The notes under the pieces are model-generated. The model was given only the letters and a program-made list of their open reading frames with translations, was not told the origin of the DNA and made no database searches. From NCBI GenBank assembly GCA_034928145.1, contig JAYFPE010000005.1, positions 17,622-81,621 on the forward strand: a stretch of 64,000 bases of DNA. Reading direction: 5' to 3'. Shown here one piece after another: positions 29,342 to 39,060 of the stretch (position 1 is its first letter; each line of letters starts with the position of its first letter). Both the position numbers and the translations under genes were made by a program. Origin of the DNA: Candidatus Pelethousia sp. GTDB lineage: Bacteria > Bacillota > Clostridia > Christensenellales > CAG-138.

Positions 29342-29940
29342 CGCGTTCCTTTCCTTAGGCGCGCATAGGCGGCCTCCGTTTGGGCGAAAAGCGTCTCTAT
29401 CGAGCCGCCGTTCTCTAAAATCACATCCGCCAGCGCCCGCTTTTCTTCTTCGGGCATCTGCGTGGCCATCCGCGCTTGGGCAGCCTCGCGGCTGAGCCCG
29501 TCACGCGCCATGGCCCGGTTAAGCCGCGCTTCCACGGGAGCCGTAACCAGCCACACCTCATCGCATAGATCCTGCCATCTTGCTTCAAGCAGAAGCGCCG
29601 CATCCAACACGGCTGCTTGCGCGCCCTCGGCGCGAGCCTTGGCCAGCTCCGCTTCCAACAACGCGCGGATGCGGGGGTGCGTTATGGCGTTGAGATCGGC
29701 CAAGGCCGCCACATCGCCAAAGGCAATGGCCGAGAGGGCAGGCCGATCCAGCGTGCCGTCGGGCCGCAAAATACCCGGGCCAAAACGCTCGGTCAAGGCC
29801 CGCAGGCCCGCCGTGCCGGGCAGAACCACCTGCCGGGCCGCCTGGTCCGCATCAGCCACATAGGCCCCGAGCTTAGCCAAATGCCGCGCTACGGTGGATT
29901 TGCCCGCGGCCATGGAGCCGGTAAGGCCGATCACGGGCAT
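29338..29940 (-). CDS. coaE: Dephospho-CoA kinase
   Basis: MPVIGLTGSMAAGKST P-loop. This ATG is 1 nt after the polA stop codon; the longer track ORF is an upstream extension inside polA. Confidence 0.85.
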   Translation of the reverse strand: MPVIGLTGSMAAGKSTVARHLAKLGAYVADADQAARQVVLPGTAGLRALTERFGPGILRPDGTLDRPALSAIAFGDVAALADLNAITHPRIRALLEAELAKARAEGAQAAVLDAALLLEARWQDLCDEVWLVTAPVEARLNRAMARDGLSREAAQARMATQMPEEEKRALADVILENGGSIETLFAQTEAAYARLRKGTR

Positions 29941-29941
29941 G

Positions 29942-32506
29942 CTACTTCGTGTCATACCAGCTATGCCCCTCCCGCACCTCCGCAACCAAGGGAACGGAAA
30001 GCGCCATCGAGCCCTCCATGCAGGTGCAGAGCAGGCGTTTAACCGGCTCGACTTCATCAAGGGGCGTATCCAAAATGAGTTCGTCGTGTATCTGCAAAAT
30101 CAGCTTGGCCTTGAGCCCCTGCTCGGAGAGGGCCTGCTGCACCCGCACCATGGCCAGCTTGATGATATCCGCGGCCGTGCCCTGGATAGGCATGTTCATG
30201 GCCACCCGCTCGCCAAAGCTGCGGGTGTTGAAATTGGTGGAGTTGAGCTCCGGCAATTCCCGCCTGCGGCCCATCAAGGTGGAAGCATAGCCCTTGGCCT
30301 TGCCTTCCTCTACGCATCTATCCAAATAGGCCTTCACGCCAGGATAACGCCGGAAATAGCCGGCGATGTAATCCCCCGCTTCCTTGCGGGAAACGCCGGT
30401 GTTGCGGGCCAGGCCGAACTCGCTGATGCCGTAAACGATGCCGAAATTCACCGCCTTAGCCGCACTGCGCTGGGCAGGCGTGAGGCTTTCGGGCGCAATG
30501 CCGAACACCTCCGAGGCGGTGATGGCGTGAATATCCGCGCCGCTTCGGAAAGCTTCCACCATGGCTTTATCCCCGCTCATATGGGCGAGAAGGCGCAGCT
30601 CGATCTGGGAATAGTCCGCACCCACCAGCACATTGCCCGGACTGGCCACAAAGGCCCGGCGGATCTCCCGCCCCAGCTCCGTGCGTATGGGAATGTTTTG
30701 CAAATTGGGCTCTGTGCTGGATATGCGGCCCGTGGCGGCCACGTTTTGGTTGAAGCTGGTATGCACCCGGCCATCCGGCCGCATCAGGCCCAGCAAACCG
30801 TCCAAAAAGGTGCTTTTGAGCTTGGATAAAAAGCGGTATTCCATAACCAGGGGCACGATGGGGTGCTTGTCTTCCAGGGCTTCCAACACGGCCGCGTCCG
30901 TGGAATAGCCGGTCTTGGTCTTTTTTTGAGCCGGCAGGCCCAGCCTTTCAAAGAGAACCGCGCCCAGCTGCTTGGGGGAAAGGATGTTGAACGTCTCCCC
31001 GGCCAGCTCGTAAATGCATTCCTCGGCCCGCCTGATGCGCTCGCCAAAGTCGGCGCTCAAATGCTTGAGAACCTCGGCGTCCATACGGAAGCCCTCGCGC
31101 TCCATATCATACAACACCCACACGAGGGGCAGCTCCACGGTTTCATAGAGGCTCCAAAGCCCCTTCTCTTCCATTTCCGCCTGCATTACCACGCAGAGCG
31201 ACCAAAGGGCCGCGGCGCCCGGCTCCATCCCGCGTTCCGCGCAAAGGGTTTTGAGCGAATCCGCCGGGTGGATGGCGTGCAGCAGGTAATCCTGGATCAT
31301 GGCGTCCCACTTAAGGCCGGCCAGGCGCACGCCATAAGCATCCAGCGCATGTTGCAGGGTCTTCGCGTCGAACACAGCCTTTTCTAGGGCCGCGTCCTCA
31401 AGAATGGGTTTAAGCAACGCCAGAACCCGCGCGGGATCCAGCCCAGGGGTCAGCAGGGTGCCGCCCGCGAGAGAGACCTCGCATTGCGCGGCCCCATCTA
31501 TGGCCAACGCCAGGCCCTCGCCCGCTACGATGGCCAGGCGTTTGGCCTTTTTCATCTCTTCACACAGGGCCGCTATGCCCGCTTCATCCTTGATGCGGCG
31601 CGTTTCGCGCGCCGGTGCGGTTGTGGCGGCAGCGGCAGGCGCTTCCCCGCCATGGTCTGCCACGCGGCCCGCCAGCGAGCGCAGCTCCAGCTTATGCAAA
31701 AGGGGCAGCGCACCCCGCAGGGTGGCCGGGCGGAAAACCCAGTCTTCAAGGTTTGCCCCTATGGGAACCTGCGTATCGATCAGACCCAGCTTGTAGCTAA
31801 GCCGGGCGGAATCCCCGCCGCCTTCCAGCTTGGCCTTTAATGCGCCTTTTTCCTCAGCCGCGCGGGTCAGGGCATTCTCCATGGTGCCGTATTTTTCGAG
31901 CAATTTAAGGGCCGTCTTTTCCCCCACGCCGGGTATGCCGGGAATGTTATCCGATCCGTCGCCCATCAAGCCCTTCAAATCGGGCATACGCTCGGGCGTA
32001 AGGCCGTAGGTTTCCAGCAAAACCGCCTCGTCGTATTCCACGGTCTCGGAAATGCCCTTCTTCGTCATCAATACGTGGGTGCGGGGGGTGATGAGCTGCA
32101 AAGCATCCCGGTCACCCGTGACCAGGAGCGCTTCCACCCCGGCCCGCTCCGCCATGCGGGAGGCCGTGCCCAGGATATCGTCCGCCTCGAAGCGCTCGCA
32201 TTCGCATACGGCGATGCCCATAGCCGTGAGCACCTCCTTGAGCAGGGGGAACTGGGGCCTCAAATCCTCCGGCGTAGCCCTGCGGCCCGCCTTATATTCT
32301 TCATAGAATTCATGGCGGAAGGTGGGGCCGTGCATATCGAAGGCCACCAGCAGGTAGGCGGGCTTCCGCTCCACGAGCTTTAGCAGCATGCTCAAAAAGC
32401 CGTAGATAGCCCCTGTAGGGGTGCCGTCCTTGGCAGCCATAGAAGGCAGGGCATAATAGGCCCGGTGCATAAGGCTGTTGCCATCGATGGCGATTAGCTG
32501 TTCCAA
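29942..32506 (-). CDS. polA: DNA polymerase I
   Basis: 5' nuclease domain (IDGNSLMHRAYYA), then Pol A motifs A (LVGADYSQIELR), B (RSAAKAVNFGIVYG) and C (LQIHDEL). Confidence 0.95.
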   Translation of the reverse strand: MEQLIAIDGNSLMHRAYYALPSMAAKDGTPTGAIYGFLSMLLKLVERKPAYLLVAFDMHGPTFRHEFYEEYKAGRRATPEDLRPQFPLLKEVLTAMGIAVCECERFEADDILGTASRMAERAGVEALLVTGDRDALQLITPRTHVLMTKKGISETVEYDEAVLLETYGLTPERMPDLKGLMGDGSDNIPGIPGVGEKTALKLLEKYGTMENALTRAAEEKGALKAKLEGGGDSARLSYKLGLIDTQVPIGANLEDWVFRPATLRGALPLLHKLELRSLAGRVADHGGEAPAAAATTAPARETRRIKDEAGIAALCEEMKKAKRLAIVAGEGLALAIDGAAQCEVSLAGGTLLTPGLDPARVLALLKPILEDAALEKAVFDAKTLQHALDAYGVRLAGLKWDAMIQDYLLHAIHPADSLKTLCAERGMEPGAAALWSLCVVMQAEMEEKGLWSLYETVELPLVWVLYDMEREGFRMDAEVLKHLSADFGERIRRAEECIYELAGETFNILSPKQLGAVLFERLGLPAQKKTKTGYSTDAAVLEALEDKHPIVPLVMEYRFLSKLKSTFLDGLLGLMRPDGRVHTSFNQNVAATGRISSTEPNLQNIPIRTELGREIRRAFVASPGNVLVGADYSQIELRLLAHMSGDKAMVEAFRSGADIHAITASEVFGIAPESLTPAQRSAAKAVNFGIVYGISEFGLARNTGVSRKEAGDYIAGYFRRYPGVKAYLDRCVEEGKAKGYASTLMGRRRELPELNSTNFNTRSFGERVAMNMPIQGTAADIIKLAMVRVQQALSEQGLKAKLILQIHDELILDTPLDEVEPVKRLLCTCMEGSMALSVPLVAEVREGHSWYDTK

Positions 32507-32615
32507 AGCGCGTACCTCATTGTTCGCATATTGTTCTTCTTATTAAATCACACGAACCGTTAAATTGCAATTTAACGGTCCGTAAACGATTTGCGGCAAG
32601 CTGCCGAGATTTAGC

Positions 32616-33251
32616 TTATTGCGCCGCCGGCTCCGGCGCGGCAATCTGCGCCGGCTCTTCGCCCGCAGGAGGCTGCGCGGGCGGCATACCCTCATCCTTA
32701 TTGCGGCTGAAGAAGACGAAGAAAGGCTGCGTCACATTCACCACGATGGAAAGCACCAGATAAAGCGTAGCATTCTTCGGGGTGCAGGATTTATACACCT
32801 TATACAGGGCGATATAGTAGAACACCGCGTAAACGATAGACGTGGCCAGCAATAGGAAATACAACACTAAAAAGCCGGCGATAAAGGGCGCAAAGGCCCA
32901 ATCGTCATACATCAGCTCCGGCGTGAAGCCCCTGACGAGGGCCACGATAAACAGCGCAAGATAGCATATGGATACGACGGACGTGCCGATATCCAGCCCC
33001 AGGAGCAGGCCGCGCTGGCGCTTGGTTTTTCCCTCGGCCAGATAAACATATTGATCCGCCAAGCTACCCACGATCCACGACTGGCCGCCGATGGGCAGCC
33101 AGGCAAGGCCCGGATGGGGAATACCCCGGCGCTTGGACATGGCATAAAAGCCGAGAGAAGAAAGGACGTAAAAGCCAATGCCCAGAAGCAGCATAAAGCC
33201 CATGACGATCCCATAGATCATCCAGAACATGGTAAGGAAAGAACTGCTCAA
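32616..33251 (-). CDS. Hypothetical polytopic membrane protein
   Basis: Four to five hydrophobic spans and a Pro/Ala-rich C-terminal tail. Confidence 0.5.
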   Translation of the reverse strand: MSSSFLTMFWMIYGIVMGFMLLLGIGFYVLSSLGFYAMSKRRGIPHPGLAWLPIGGQSWIVGSLADQYVYLAEGKTKRQRGLLLGLDIGTSVVSICYLALFIVALVRGFTPELMYDDWAFAPFIAGFLVLYFLLLATSIVYAVFYYIALYKVYKSCTPKNATLYLVLSIVVNVTQPFFVFFSRNKDEGMPPAQPPAGEEPAQIAAPEPAAQ

Positions 33252-33300
33252 ATTAATATCCTCCTAAATATATAGATCACAAGATTGTCACGGCAAGGCG

Positions 33301-34614
33301 CTAGGCCCGGATCACATCGTGCACCATGGGCGCGCGGGCAGGCTGCTCCGCCGAGAGGCGCACGGCTCCCCGCAGCAGGGCCGCGGTTTCCTCCAGGCGG
33401 GTCTCGTCGTTCACATAAAGGGTGGCCAGCGGCTCATCCTTGGCTACATAATCCCCTTGGCGTTTATGCATCACCAGGCCCACGGCCGGGTCGATGCTGT
33501 CCGTCTTCTTGGCACGGCCCGCACCAAGGATCTGCGCCGCCGAGCCGATGCGGTTGGCCTCCATAGCCTCGATATAGCCTGCTTGCGCCAGAAATACGGG
33601 CACTTGCCGCCTGGTTTTGCACAGGGCGTCCATATCGTCCAAACAGCCGGGCGCTGCGCCCAGGGCGACGAGCATAGCCTCAAGTTTTTTGAGGCCCGCG
33701 CCGCTTACAAGCGCCTCACGCAGCTTGGCCCCGGCCTCCTGCTCATTGGCGGCCAATCCGCCCAATATCAGCATATGGGAAGCGAGCAGCATGCAGACCT
33801 CATACAGCGGGTCTGTTTCGAGGATCTTGCCGCGAAGCAGCTCCACGGCCTCCCGCACCTCCAGCGCATTACCCACAGCCAAGCCCAGAGGCTGATCCAT
33901 ATCCGTAATCACGGCTACGGTTTTGCGGCCCACATGCGCGCCGATGTGCACCATGGTTCTGGCCAGTTCCCGGGCCTCGCTTAGGGTCTGCATGAAAGCG
34001 CCGCTGCCCATCTTCACATCCAGCACGATGGCGTCCGTGCCTGCGGCGAGCTTTTTGCTCATCACGCTGGAGGCGATGAGGGGAATGCTCTCTACCGTGC
34101 CCGTCACATCCCTAAGGGCGTACATTGCCTTATCCGCGGGCACCAAATCGCCGGTTTGGCCAATCACGCACAGGCCGATCTGCCGCACGATACGCTTGAA
34201 GGAACCGATATCCACATGGATCGACACGCCGGGAATGGACTCAAGCTTATCCAGCGTGCCCCCCGTATGGCCCAAGCCCCGGCCGCTCATCTTGGCCACG
34301 GTGCCGCCACAGGCGGCCACCAAAGGCGCGATCACCAAGGTGGTCGTATCTCCCACCCCGCCGGTGGAGTGCTTATCGAGCTTGACGCCGGGCAAATCAG
34401 AAAGATCCACCACCTCGCCCGAATGCCACATGGCCTCGGTGAGGTAGGCAGTTTCCGCTTCGCCCATGCCCTGAAAGCAAACGGCCATCATCCAGGCGGA
34501 TATCTGGTAATCGGGGATAGTCTTATCCACCAGGCCTTTCATTATATAAGCCAGTTCCTCTTTGGTGTGCGCCCCGCCGGCGCGTTTTTTCAGTATCAAA
34601 TCTACCATGCGCAT
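33301..34614 (-). CDS. pdp: Pyrimidine-nucleoside (thymidine) phosphorylase
   Basis: MVDLILKKR...DKHSTGGVGD...SGRGLGHTGGTLDKLES motifs. The start is moved to 34614, after a GGAGGG SD. Confidence 0.92.
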   Translation of the reverse strand: MRMVDLILKKRAGGAHTKEELAYIMKGLVDKTIPDYQISAWMMAVCFQGMGEAETAYLTEAMWHSGEVVDLSDLPGVKLDKHSTGGVGDTTTLVIAPLVAACGGTVAKMSGRGLGHTGGTLDKLESIPGVSIHVDIGSFKRIVRQIGLCVIGQTGDLVPADKAMYALRDVTGTVESIPLIASSVMSKKLAAGTDAIVLDVKMGSGAFMQTLSEARELARTMVHIGAHVGRKTVAVITDMDQPLGLAVGNALEVREAVELLRGKILETDPLYEVCMLLASHMLILGGLAANEQEAGAKLREALVSGAGLKKLEAMLVALGAAPGCLDDMDALCKTRRQVPVFLAQAGYIEAMEANRIGSAAQILGAGRAKKTDSIDPAVGLVMHKRQGDYVAKDEPLATLYVNDETRLEETAALLRGAVRLSAEQPARAPMVHDVIRA

Positions 34615-34776
34615 AGCCAATCCCTCCAACTTTGCGATATGCAGCGCGAAATGCGCCGCAACCCGGCGCATCCGCAGAGGATTCACTGAATATTATTTTA
34701 ACATATTCCCCGGCCGCTTTCAACACACAGCACCCGCCCCCGTATGGCCGCGCGCGCAGCGGGGAACACTTTTATC

Positions 34777-34992
34777 ATGACGGATTGGGAAAAATTGACG
34801 GCAGACCTGGTAGACGCGCTTGAGCAAAGCCGCATTCGCGAACTGGCGCAGGTGCTCACCAATACCCGCCGCCTGCTTTGGAACAGCTTCATATCGGGCG
34901 TCTTCCGGGGCCTGGGCACGGCCCTGGGTTTTTCCGTGCTGGGCGCTTTGGCGCTGCTGCTCTTGGGAAAAATCTTCGGCGTTTCTTTTTGA
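34777..34992 (+). CDS. Small membrane protein (DUF5665-like)
   Basis: MTDWEKL...FISGVFRGLGTALGFSVLGALALLLLGKIFG, divergent from pdp. Confidence 0.5.
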   Translation: MTDWEKLTADLVDALEQSRIRELAQVLTNTRRLLWNSFISGVFRGLGTALGFSVLGALALLLLGKIFGVSF

Positions 34993-35029
34993 CGCGCCCG
35001 CTCCTGCGCCTGCTGATAAAAATCCCCTC

Positions 35030-35058
35030 TTGCCAAAATTCCTCCCATGCTTTATAAT
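35030..35058 (+). promoter_or_regulatory. Sigma-A promoter for tRNA-Val
   Basis: TTGCCA (35030-35035), a 17-nt spacer and TATAAT (35053-35058). The tRNA starts 12 nt downstream. Confidence 0.6.
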
Positions 35059-35069
35059 CATATGCGTTC

Positions 35070-35147
35070 GGGGATGTAGTCTCAGCCGGTTAGAGCGCTT
35101 CGCTCACATCGAAGAGGTCGGGGGTTCGAGTCCCTCCATCCCCACCA
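35070..35147 (+). tRNA. tRNA-Val (anticodon CAC), CCA encoded; one extra U in the D-stem
   Basis: GGGGATG/CATCCCC acceptor stem, CTTCG-CTCACAT-CGAAG anticodon arm, AGGTC variable region and a TTCGAGT T-loop. The D-arm reads G-U-CUC...GAGC, which is one nt longer than the canonical GCUC/GAGC. Confidence 0.75.
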
Positions 35148-35579
35148 CCCATATGCTAAGCCCACACCATAAATAATTTGGAGTGGGCTTTGATATTTTA
35201 TAGAGTAGTTGGCTTCCCAGCCTATGTTCTTTCATCAACTGCATGCTGATTTTGCTTATCGGTCTGTCTGCTTGCCGACTAATTTGGCTTGATCTTCTTA
35301 AGCGGTATTTTATGATCGCAGCCTCCATATTCGATATTTTGTATATGATTATGGAATGAATTCAAAGGGGCAAGAAGATCATAGCCTTTGTCAAACGCTA
35401 GGGATGGAAATAAATTCGCAACACTTTTAAAGAGCCATTACCTAGCCATTCATTCGCTTTATCTACTTTTATTTTTATTATTCCAAAACATGCACGGAAA
35501 ATATGATGTGCAACCGCCACATTTCATGTTGTATAATGAATTGTATCATTTGAGCAAATCTCTTTCATTCGGAGGTCGT

Positions 35580-36626
35580 ATGCTTCTTCATTCCACCACC
35601 TTCGAGGAGCGCGCTGAGTTTTTGTACCGCAACGTATTGGACATACCCGCAGGCCTTACCGCGGAGTGCATCGTGCATCCCGACGCCGAGGTCATATTTG
35701 ACGGGCTTTTGCATTTCAGGCATTTCCTTCTCGAACTGTTCGCGAGCACCGCAGTGTTTCGCGTGGAAGACGACCTCGAAAGCTACCATAGGCTTTGGAA
35801 CAGCGTGCTCTTCCTCAACGTCGCATTTGCGCACGGGGAGTTTTCGCGCGAGGGCGAGCGGGCATATCTAAGCATCAGCAAGGCACTTATTAAACGGCAT
35901 TTCAAAAAGCCCGCCGCTTTCTTCATTTTGGCGCTGTCAGGCTTCGGTTTCTATTTCGAGTATTTGAAGTGCGGACAATATGTGGACGATTACAAGAAAT
36001 GCGACGTGCTGTGCATCTGCAACGAGAACTCGTCGGGCATCATCTCGGCGCTTTCCTATCTGGCCCGACGCATGCCTCAAGTGGACACGCGCAAGGATTA
36101 CGCCATGCCCACAGAGCTTTTTTTGAAGGCAGATTACGCCTCATTTCTTGCGGGAACCAGTCCGAAGCGGCAGGATATCGACCCTCTGCGCGCGGATATC
36201 CGCGCTACGGCGGGCGTGCTTTCCTCCGTTTGGGAGAGGCTTGCGTCTTCTCTTTCTGAGCGGGGGCTTACCGCCGCGTGCAATTTTTGGACGTACTGCA
36301 CGCCACACTGGATCGTGCATTTCAAAAAGAAGAGCAAAACCATTTGCATATTCACTTTGGCGGCGGATATCGTAGAGTTCGAGATGGCGCTGCCCTATGA
36401 TGGGGGCCGTGCGGTGGCGGCGCTCAAGCCCTTATTGAGCGAGGCGGCGCAAGGAGGTCTTGAGGCGCTCGGCTGCATCAAATGCGGTCGCTGTGACGGC
36501 AGCGCCGTGACCATGGCGGACGGACTTTCGCTTTGCCCGCACGAAACTTGGGCGCGGCGGATAAACTTTAAGCTCACCTCCAATGCGGATGCCCAATCCA
36601 CGCTCATGCTTCTCGACGCACTGTAA
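35580..36626 (+). CDS. Hypothetical 348-aa cytoplasmic protein with a C-terminal Cys cluster
   Basis: A GGAGG SD lies 5 nt before the ATG at 35580, so the track ORF start at 35388 is probably too early. The protein ends in CIKCGRCDG...LCPHE. No family recognised with confidence. Confidence 0.55.
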   Translation: MLLHSTTFEERAEFLYRNVLDIPAGLTAECIVHPDAEVIFDGLLHFRHFLLELFASTAVFRVEDDLESYHRLWNSVLFLNVAFAHGEFSREGERAYLSISKALIKRHFKKPAAFFILALSGFGFYFEYLKCGQYVDDYKKCDVLCICNENSSGIISALSYLARRMPQVDTRKDYAMPTELFLKADYASFLAGTSPKRQDIDPLRADIRATAGVLSSVWERLASSLSERGLTAACNFWTYCTPHWIVHFKKKSKTICIFTLAADIVEFEMALPYDGGRAVAALKPLLSEAAQGGLEALGCIKCGRCDGSAVTMADGLSLCPHETWARRINFKLTSNADAQSTLMLLDAL

Positions 36627-37052
36627 GCGACAGTCGAAGTCCGAACTCCCATGTCCCGGTTTGTTTCCCCGTCCTTAATGCCGGAAGTGCTCCGCGCGAA
36701 AATCTATTCCTAACGGGAAACCTGTGACCGAACGGTTTTCAAAAAAGAATAGAGCACAGCGGCATCTATATTGACCTAACTTCTCAAAAAAGGGCGCTTT
36801 GCGAAAGTAAAGTGCCTTTCCTTTTGAGCCTCTCACACTTAATTAAACATAGCATTTGCCATATCGGCGCGGGTTTGCCGCAGGGTACGCCGGCGGGGGG
36901 GAAAACGGTAATAATACCACGGTCTAGCTCGGATGAAGGAGGCCCGGGCGTAATAGCAAAATGCCCGATTTGCGGCCCTGAACGCCAGCCTAAAAAAGGC
37001 CCGAATGCATTCATAGGGGCCTTTTTGCGCAAACTATGGCCGGAGGTGACTT

Positions 37053-37232
37053 ATGATGGAAGCGAAATACAAAAGCATGCACGCCCTGCTCCGGCAAGAC
37101 CCGTTGGCCAAGAAGTACTTTGATTCTTTGCCGGATTATGTGCGTGAGCAGATCAGCACCAGGGCGGATAGCGTCAACAGCTATTCAGGCCTAAGGGACT
37201 ATGCGGAAAACCTACTGCGCGGGGATGATTGA
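37053..37232 (+). CDS. 59-aa hypothetical protein (below the ORF-track cutoff)
   Basis: GGAGGTG SD, then ATG; the translation is MMEAKYKSMHALLRQDPLAKKYFDSLPDYVREQISTRADSVNSYSGLRDYAENLLRGDD. The stop lies inside a strong terminator. Confidence 0.45.
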   Translation: MMEAKYKSMHALLRQDPLAKKYFDSLPDYVREQISTRADSVNSYSGLRDYAENLLRGDD

Positions 37233-37245
37233 TCCCCGCGTTTTT
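37218..37245 (+). terminator. Rho-independent terminator
   Basis: Perfect 9-bp stem CGCGGGGAT/ATCCCCGCG with a 5-nt loop, followed by TTTTT. Confidence 0.7.
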
Positions 37246-37357
37246 CTATATTAAATAGGGCTGCTTTCGCGAGAAAGCGCCCACAAACGGCAAAAAGTAT
37301 AGTATGATGGATACGTGAGCCTGCCGCTTTATACACAATGCTTTGGAGGTGCAAATC

Positions 37358-37645
37358 ATGGACTTCATACAAGAAACCGGCCGGATATACGGCCAAAACA
37401 GCGCTGGCGAAACTGTCGCCGAAATCACCTTTCCCCTGGTAAACCCCAACACGGCGGATATCGACCACACCTTTGTGGATCCTTCCCTGCGCGGGCAGGG
37501 TGTGGCCGGACAGCTGATGGAGGCGGCTGTGGGTCAAATCCGCAGCCGGGGCCTGCAAACCCGGACAAGCTGCCCTTACGCGGCCAAATGGTTTGCCGCC
37601 CATCCGGAGCAGGCCGATCTGCTGGCGCAGGATACGCGCAGCTAG
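37358..37645 (+). CDS. Small GNAT-like N-acetyltransferase (YjdJ type)
   Basis: DHTFVDPSLRGQGVAGQLMEAAV...CPYAAKWF. The start is moved to MDFIQE, after a GGAGGTG SD. Confidence 0.75.
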   Translation: MDFIQETGRIYGQNSAGETVAEITFPLVNPNTADIDHTFVDPSLRGQGVAGQLMEAAVGQIRSRGLQTRTSCPYAAKWFAAHPEQADLLAQDTRS

Positions 37646-37660
37646 GCGCGCCTTCGTAAG

Positions 37661-37702
37661 CAAAAGGCCCCGCGTGCCTCCAAGGAAGGGCGCGGGGCCT
37701 TT
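37661..37702. terminator. Bidirectional terminator between convergent genes
   Basis: AAAAGGCCCCGCG ... CGCGGGGCCTTTT inverted repeat with A and T runs on both sides. Confidence 0.65.
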
Positions 37703-37717
37703 TATATTTGCCAGTCC

Positions 37718-38584
37718 TCAGCCTTGCGGCGCGAAATAGGCCAGGGCCACCGCGCCGGGGCCGGCATGGGTGCCGATGGTGCTGCCGATGCTGCAGATAG
37801 GCAGGCGTTCCGCCCGGCCCTCCCACAGCTCCCTGCTGTCGTTGATGTACTTTTGCAGCATGGTATCGTCAAGGCCGGAATAGGCCAGCATGAAGGGGCG
37901 CGAAAAATCGATGCCGCCGCTCTTTTGCACCATCTCCCGCAGCAGGTTGTTGCCCTGCTTGGAGCCCCGCGCCTTTCCGATGAGGCGAATCTCTCCCTCC
38001 TCCACGGACACGACCGGCTTGATGGACAATAAACCCCCGGCAAAGGCCGTGGCTGCGGAGATACGGCCCCCTTTTTTCAAATATTCCAGCGTATCCAATA
38101 GTGCGATTACGCGGATTTCCCGCTTGGCTTTTTCCAGCTTTTCCACAATAGCGGCTGCCCCTAAGCCCTGATCAGCCAGCTGCAGGCCGTAGCGGATCAA
38201 CACCTGCTCGCCGATGCAGGCGCTGTCGCTATCCACGGTGAAGACGCGGCCCGGGAATTCCTTGGCCGCAATCTGCGCGCTTTGAGCCGTGCCGGAGAGC
38301 TTCTCCGAAATGGTAACGCCGATAGGCGTATCCCCGGCCTCGATGATGCGGCGGAAGGCCGCCTCAAAATCCACAGGCGGCACCTGGCTGGTCTTAGGCA
38401 ATTCGTCGCTCTCGATCAACTTTTCGTAAAATTCCCTATGGCTGATATCCAGCACATCCCTGTAGGATGTTTCTCCAAAGTTAATATGCAGGGGCAGAAG
38501 GGTAACATCCCGCTCCAACGCCTCATCATAGGGGAAATCCGCAGTGGAACAGATCACAAACTTAACGGCCATATTCTTCCTCAC
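37718..38584 (-). CDS. DegV-family fatty-acid-binding protein
   Basis: Full-length DegV pattern (VICSTADFP...TSQVPP...HAGPGAVALAYF). Confidence 0.9.
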   Translation of the reverse strand: MRKNMAVKFVICSTADFPYDEALERDVTLLPLHINFGETSYRDVLDISHREFYEKLIESDELPKTSQVPPVDFEAAFRRIIEAGDTPIGVTISEKLSGTAQSAQIAAKEFPGRVFTVDSDSACIGEQVLIRYGLQLADQGLGAAAIVEKLEKAKREIRVIALLDTLEYLKKGGRISAATAFAGGLLSIKPVVSVEEGEIRLIGKARGSKQGNNLLREMVQKSGGIDFSRPFMLAYSGLDDTMLQKYINDSRELWEGRAERLPICSIGSTIGTHAGPGAVALAYFAPQG

Positions 38585-38610
38585 TTTAATTTAATTTAGA
38601 TATAGATGAT

Positions 38611-39060
38611 TCAGTCGTTTTCACCCGGTAGGCTTTGCAGGTTTTGCGAGATCAGCGAAAGCGAGGCGTACAGGATTTCGCGCTGATTGTCGGTCAGCCC
38701 CTCGCCGCCCTGCCCGACAATGCTTTCCGCCCGCTGCCGGATGAAGCGGGCCGCCGCCTGCCCCTTTTCCGTAAGCAAAAGCTTGGCGCGGTACTTCCCA
38801 CTGCCCGCCGGCGCTTCGCGGCGCACATAGCCCTGCGTCTCAAGCTCGGCCAGCGTGCGGGAGATAGCCGCCTTATCTTCCTCGCAAAGAATGGTCAACT
38901 GCGCACAAGTCAGTCCATCGGGATGGCGGCCCAGGTTGTACAGGCACATCGTATGGTTACCCCGCAGACCCTGCTCCGTCATCTCCAGGCCCTTGATTCT
39001 TTGTATGCTTTTATAAATCTGCGTGATCAGCCCCACAAAGGCCTCAAACCGTTCCTCCAT
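38611..39060 (-). CDS. MarR-family transcriptional regulator
   Basis: Winged-HTH region (LTCAQLTILCEEDKAAISRTLAELETQGYVRRE). The start is moved to MEERFEAF, after a GGAGGG SD. Confidence 0.85.
   Translation of the reverse strand: MEERFEAFVGLITQIYKSIQRIKGLEMTEQGLRGNHTMCLYNLGRHPDGLTCAQLTILCEEDKAAISRTLAELETQGYVRREAPAGSGKYRAKLLLTEKGQAAARFIRQRAESIVGQGGEGLTDNQREILYASLSLISQNLQSLPGEND

Noticed and set aside
35509-35537. Promoter for the 348-aa orphan gene (TATAAT at 35532-35537).
   Set aside because: The -10 element is perfect, but the best -35 candidates (GTGCAA / TGCAAC) are poor. It is plausible but is not listed as a feature.
36627-37026. Possible riboswitch in the long non-coding stretch before the 59-aa ORF.
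   Set aside because: I could not match it to any riboswitch core I know (c-di-GMP, ykkC, ZTP, preQ1, SAM), and its terminator ends before the next SD. It is left as an unexplained tail in the findings.
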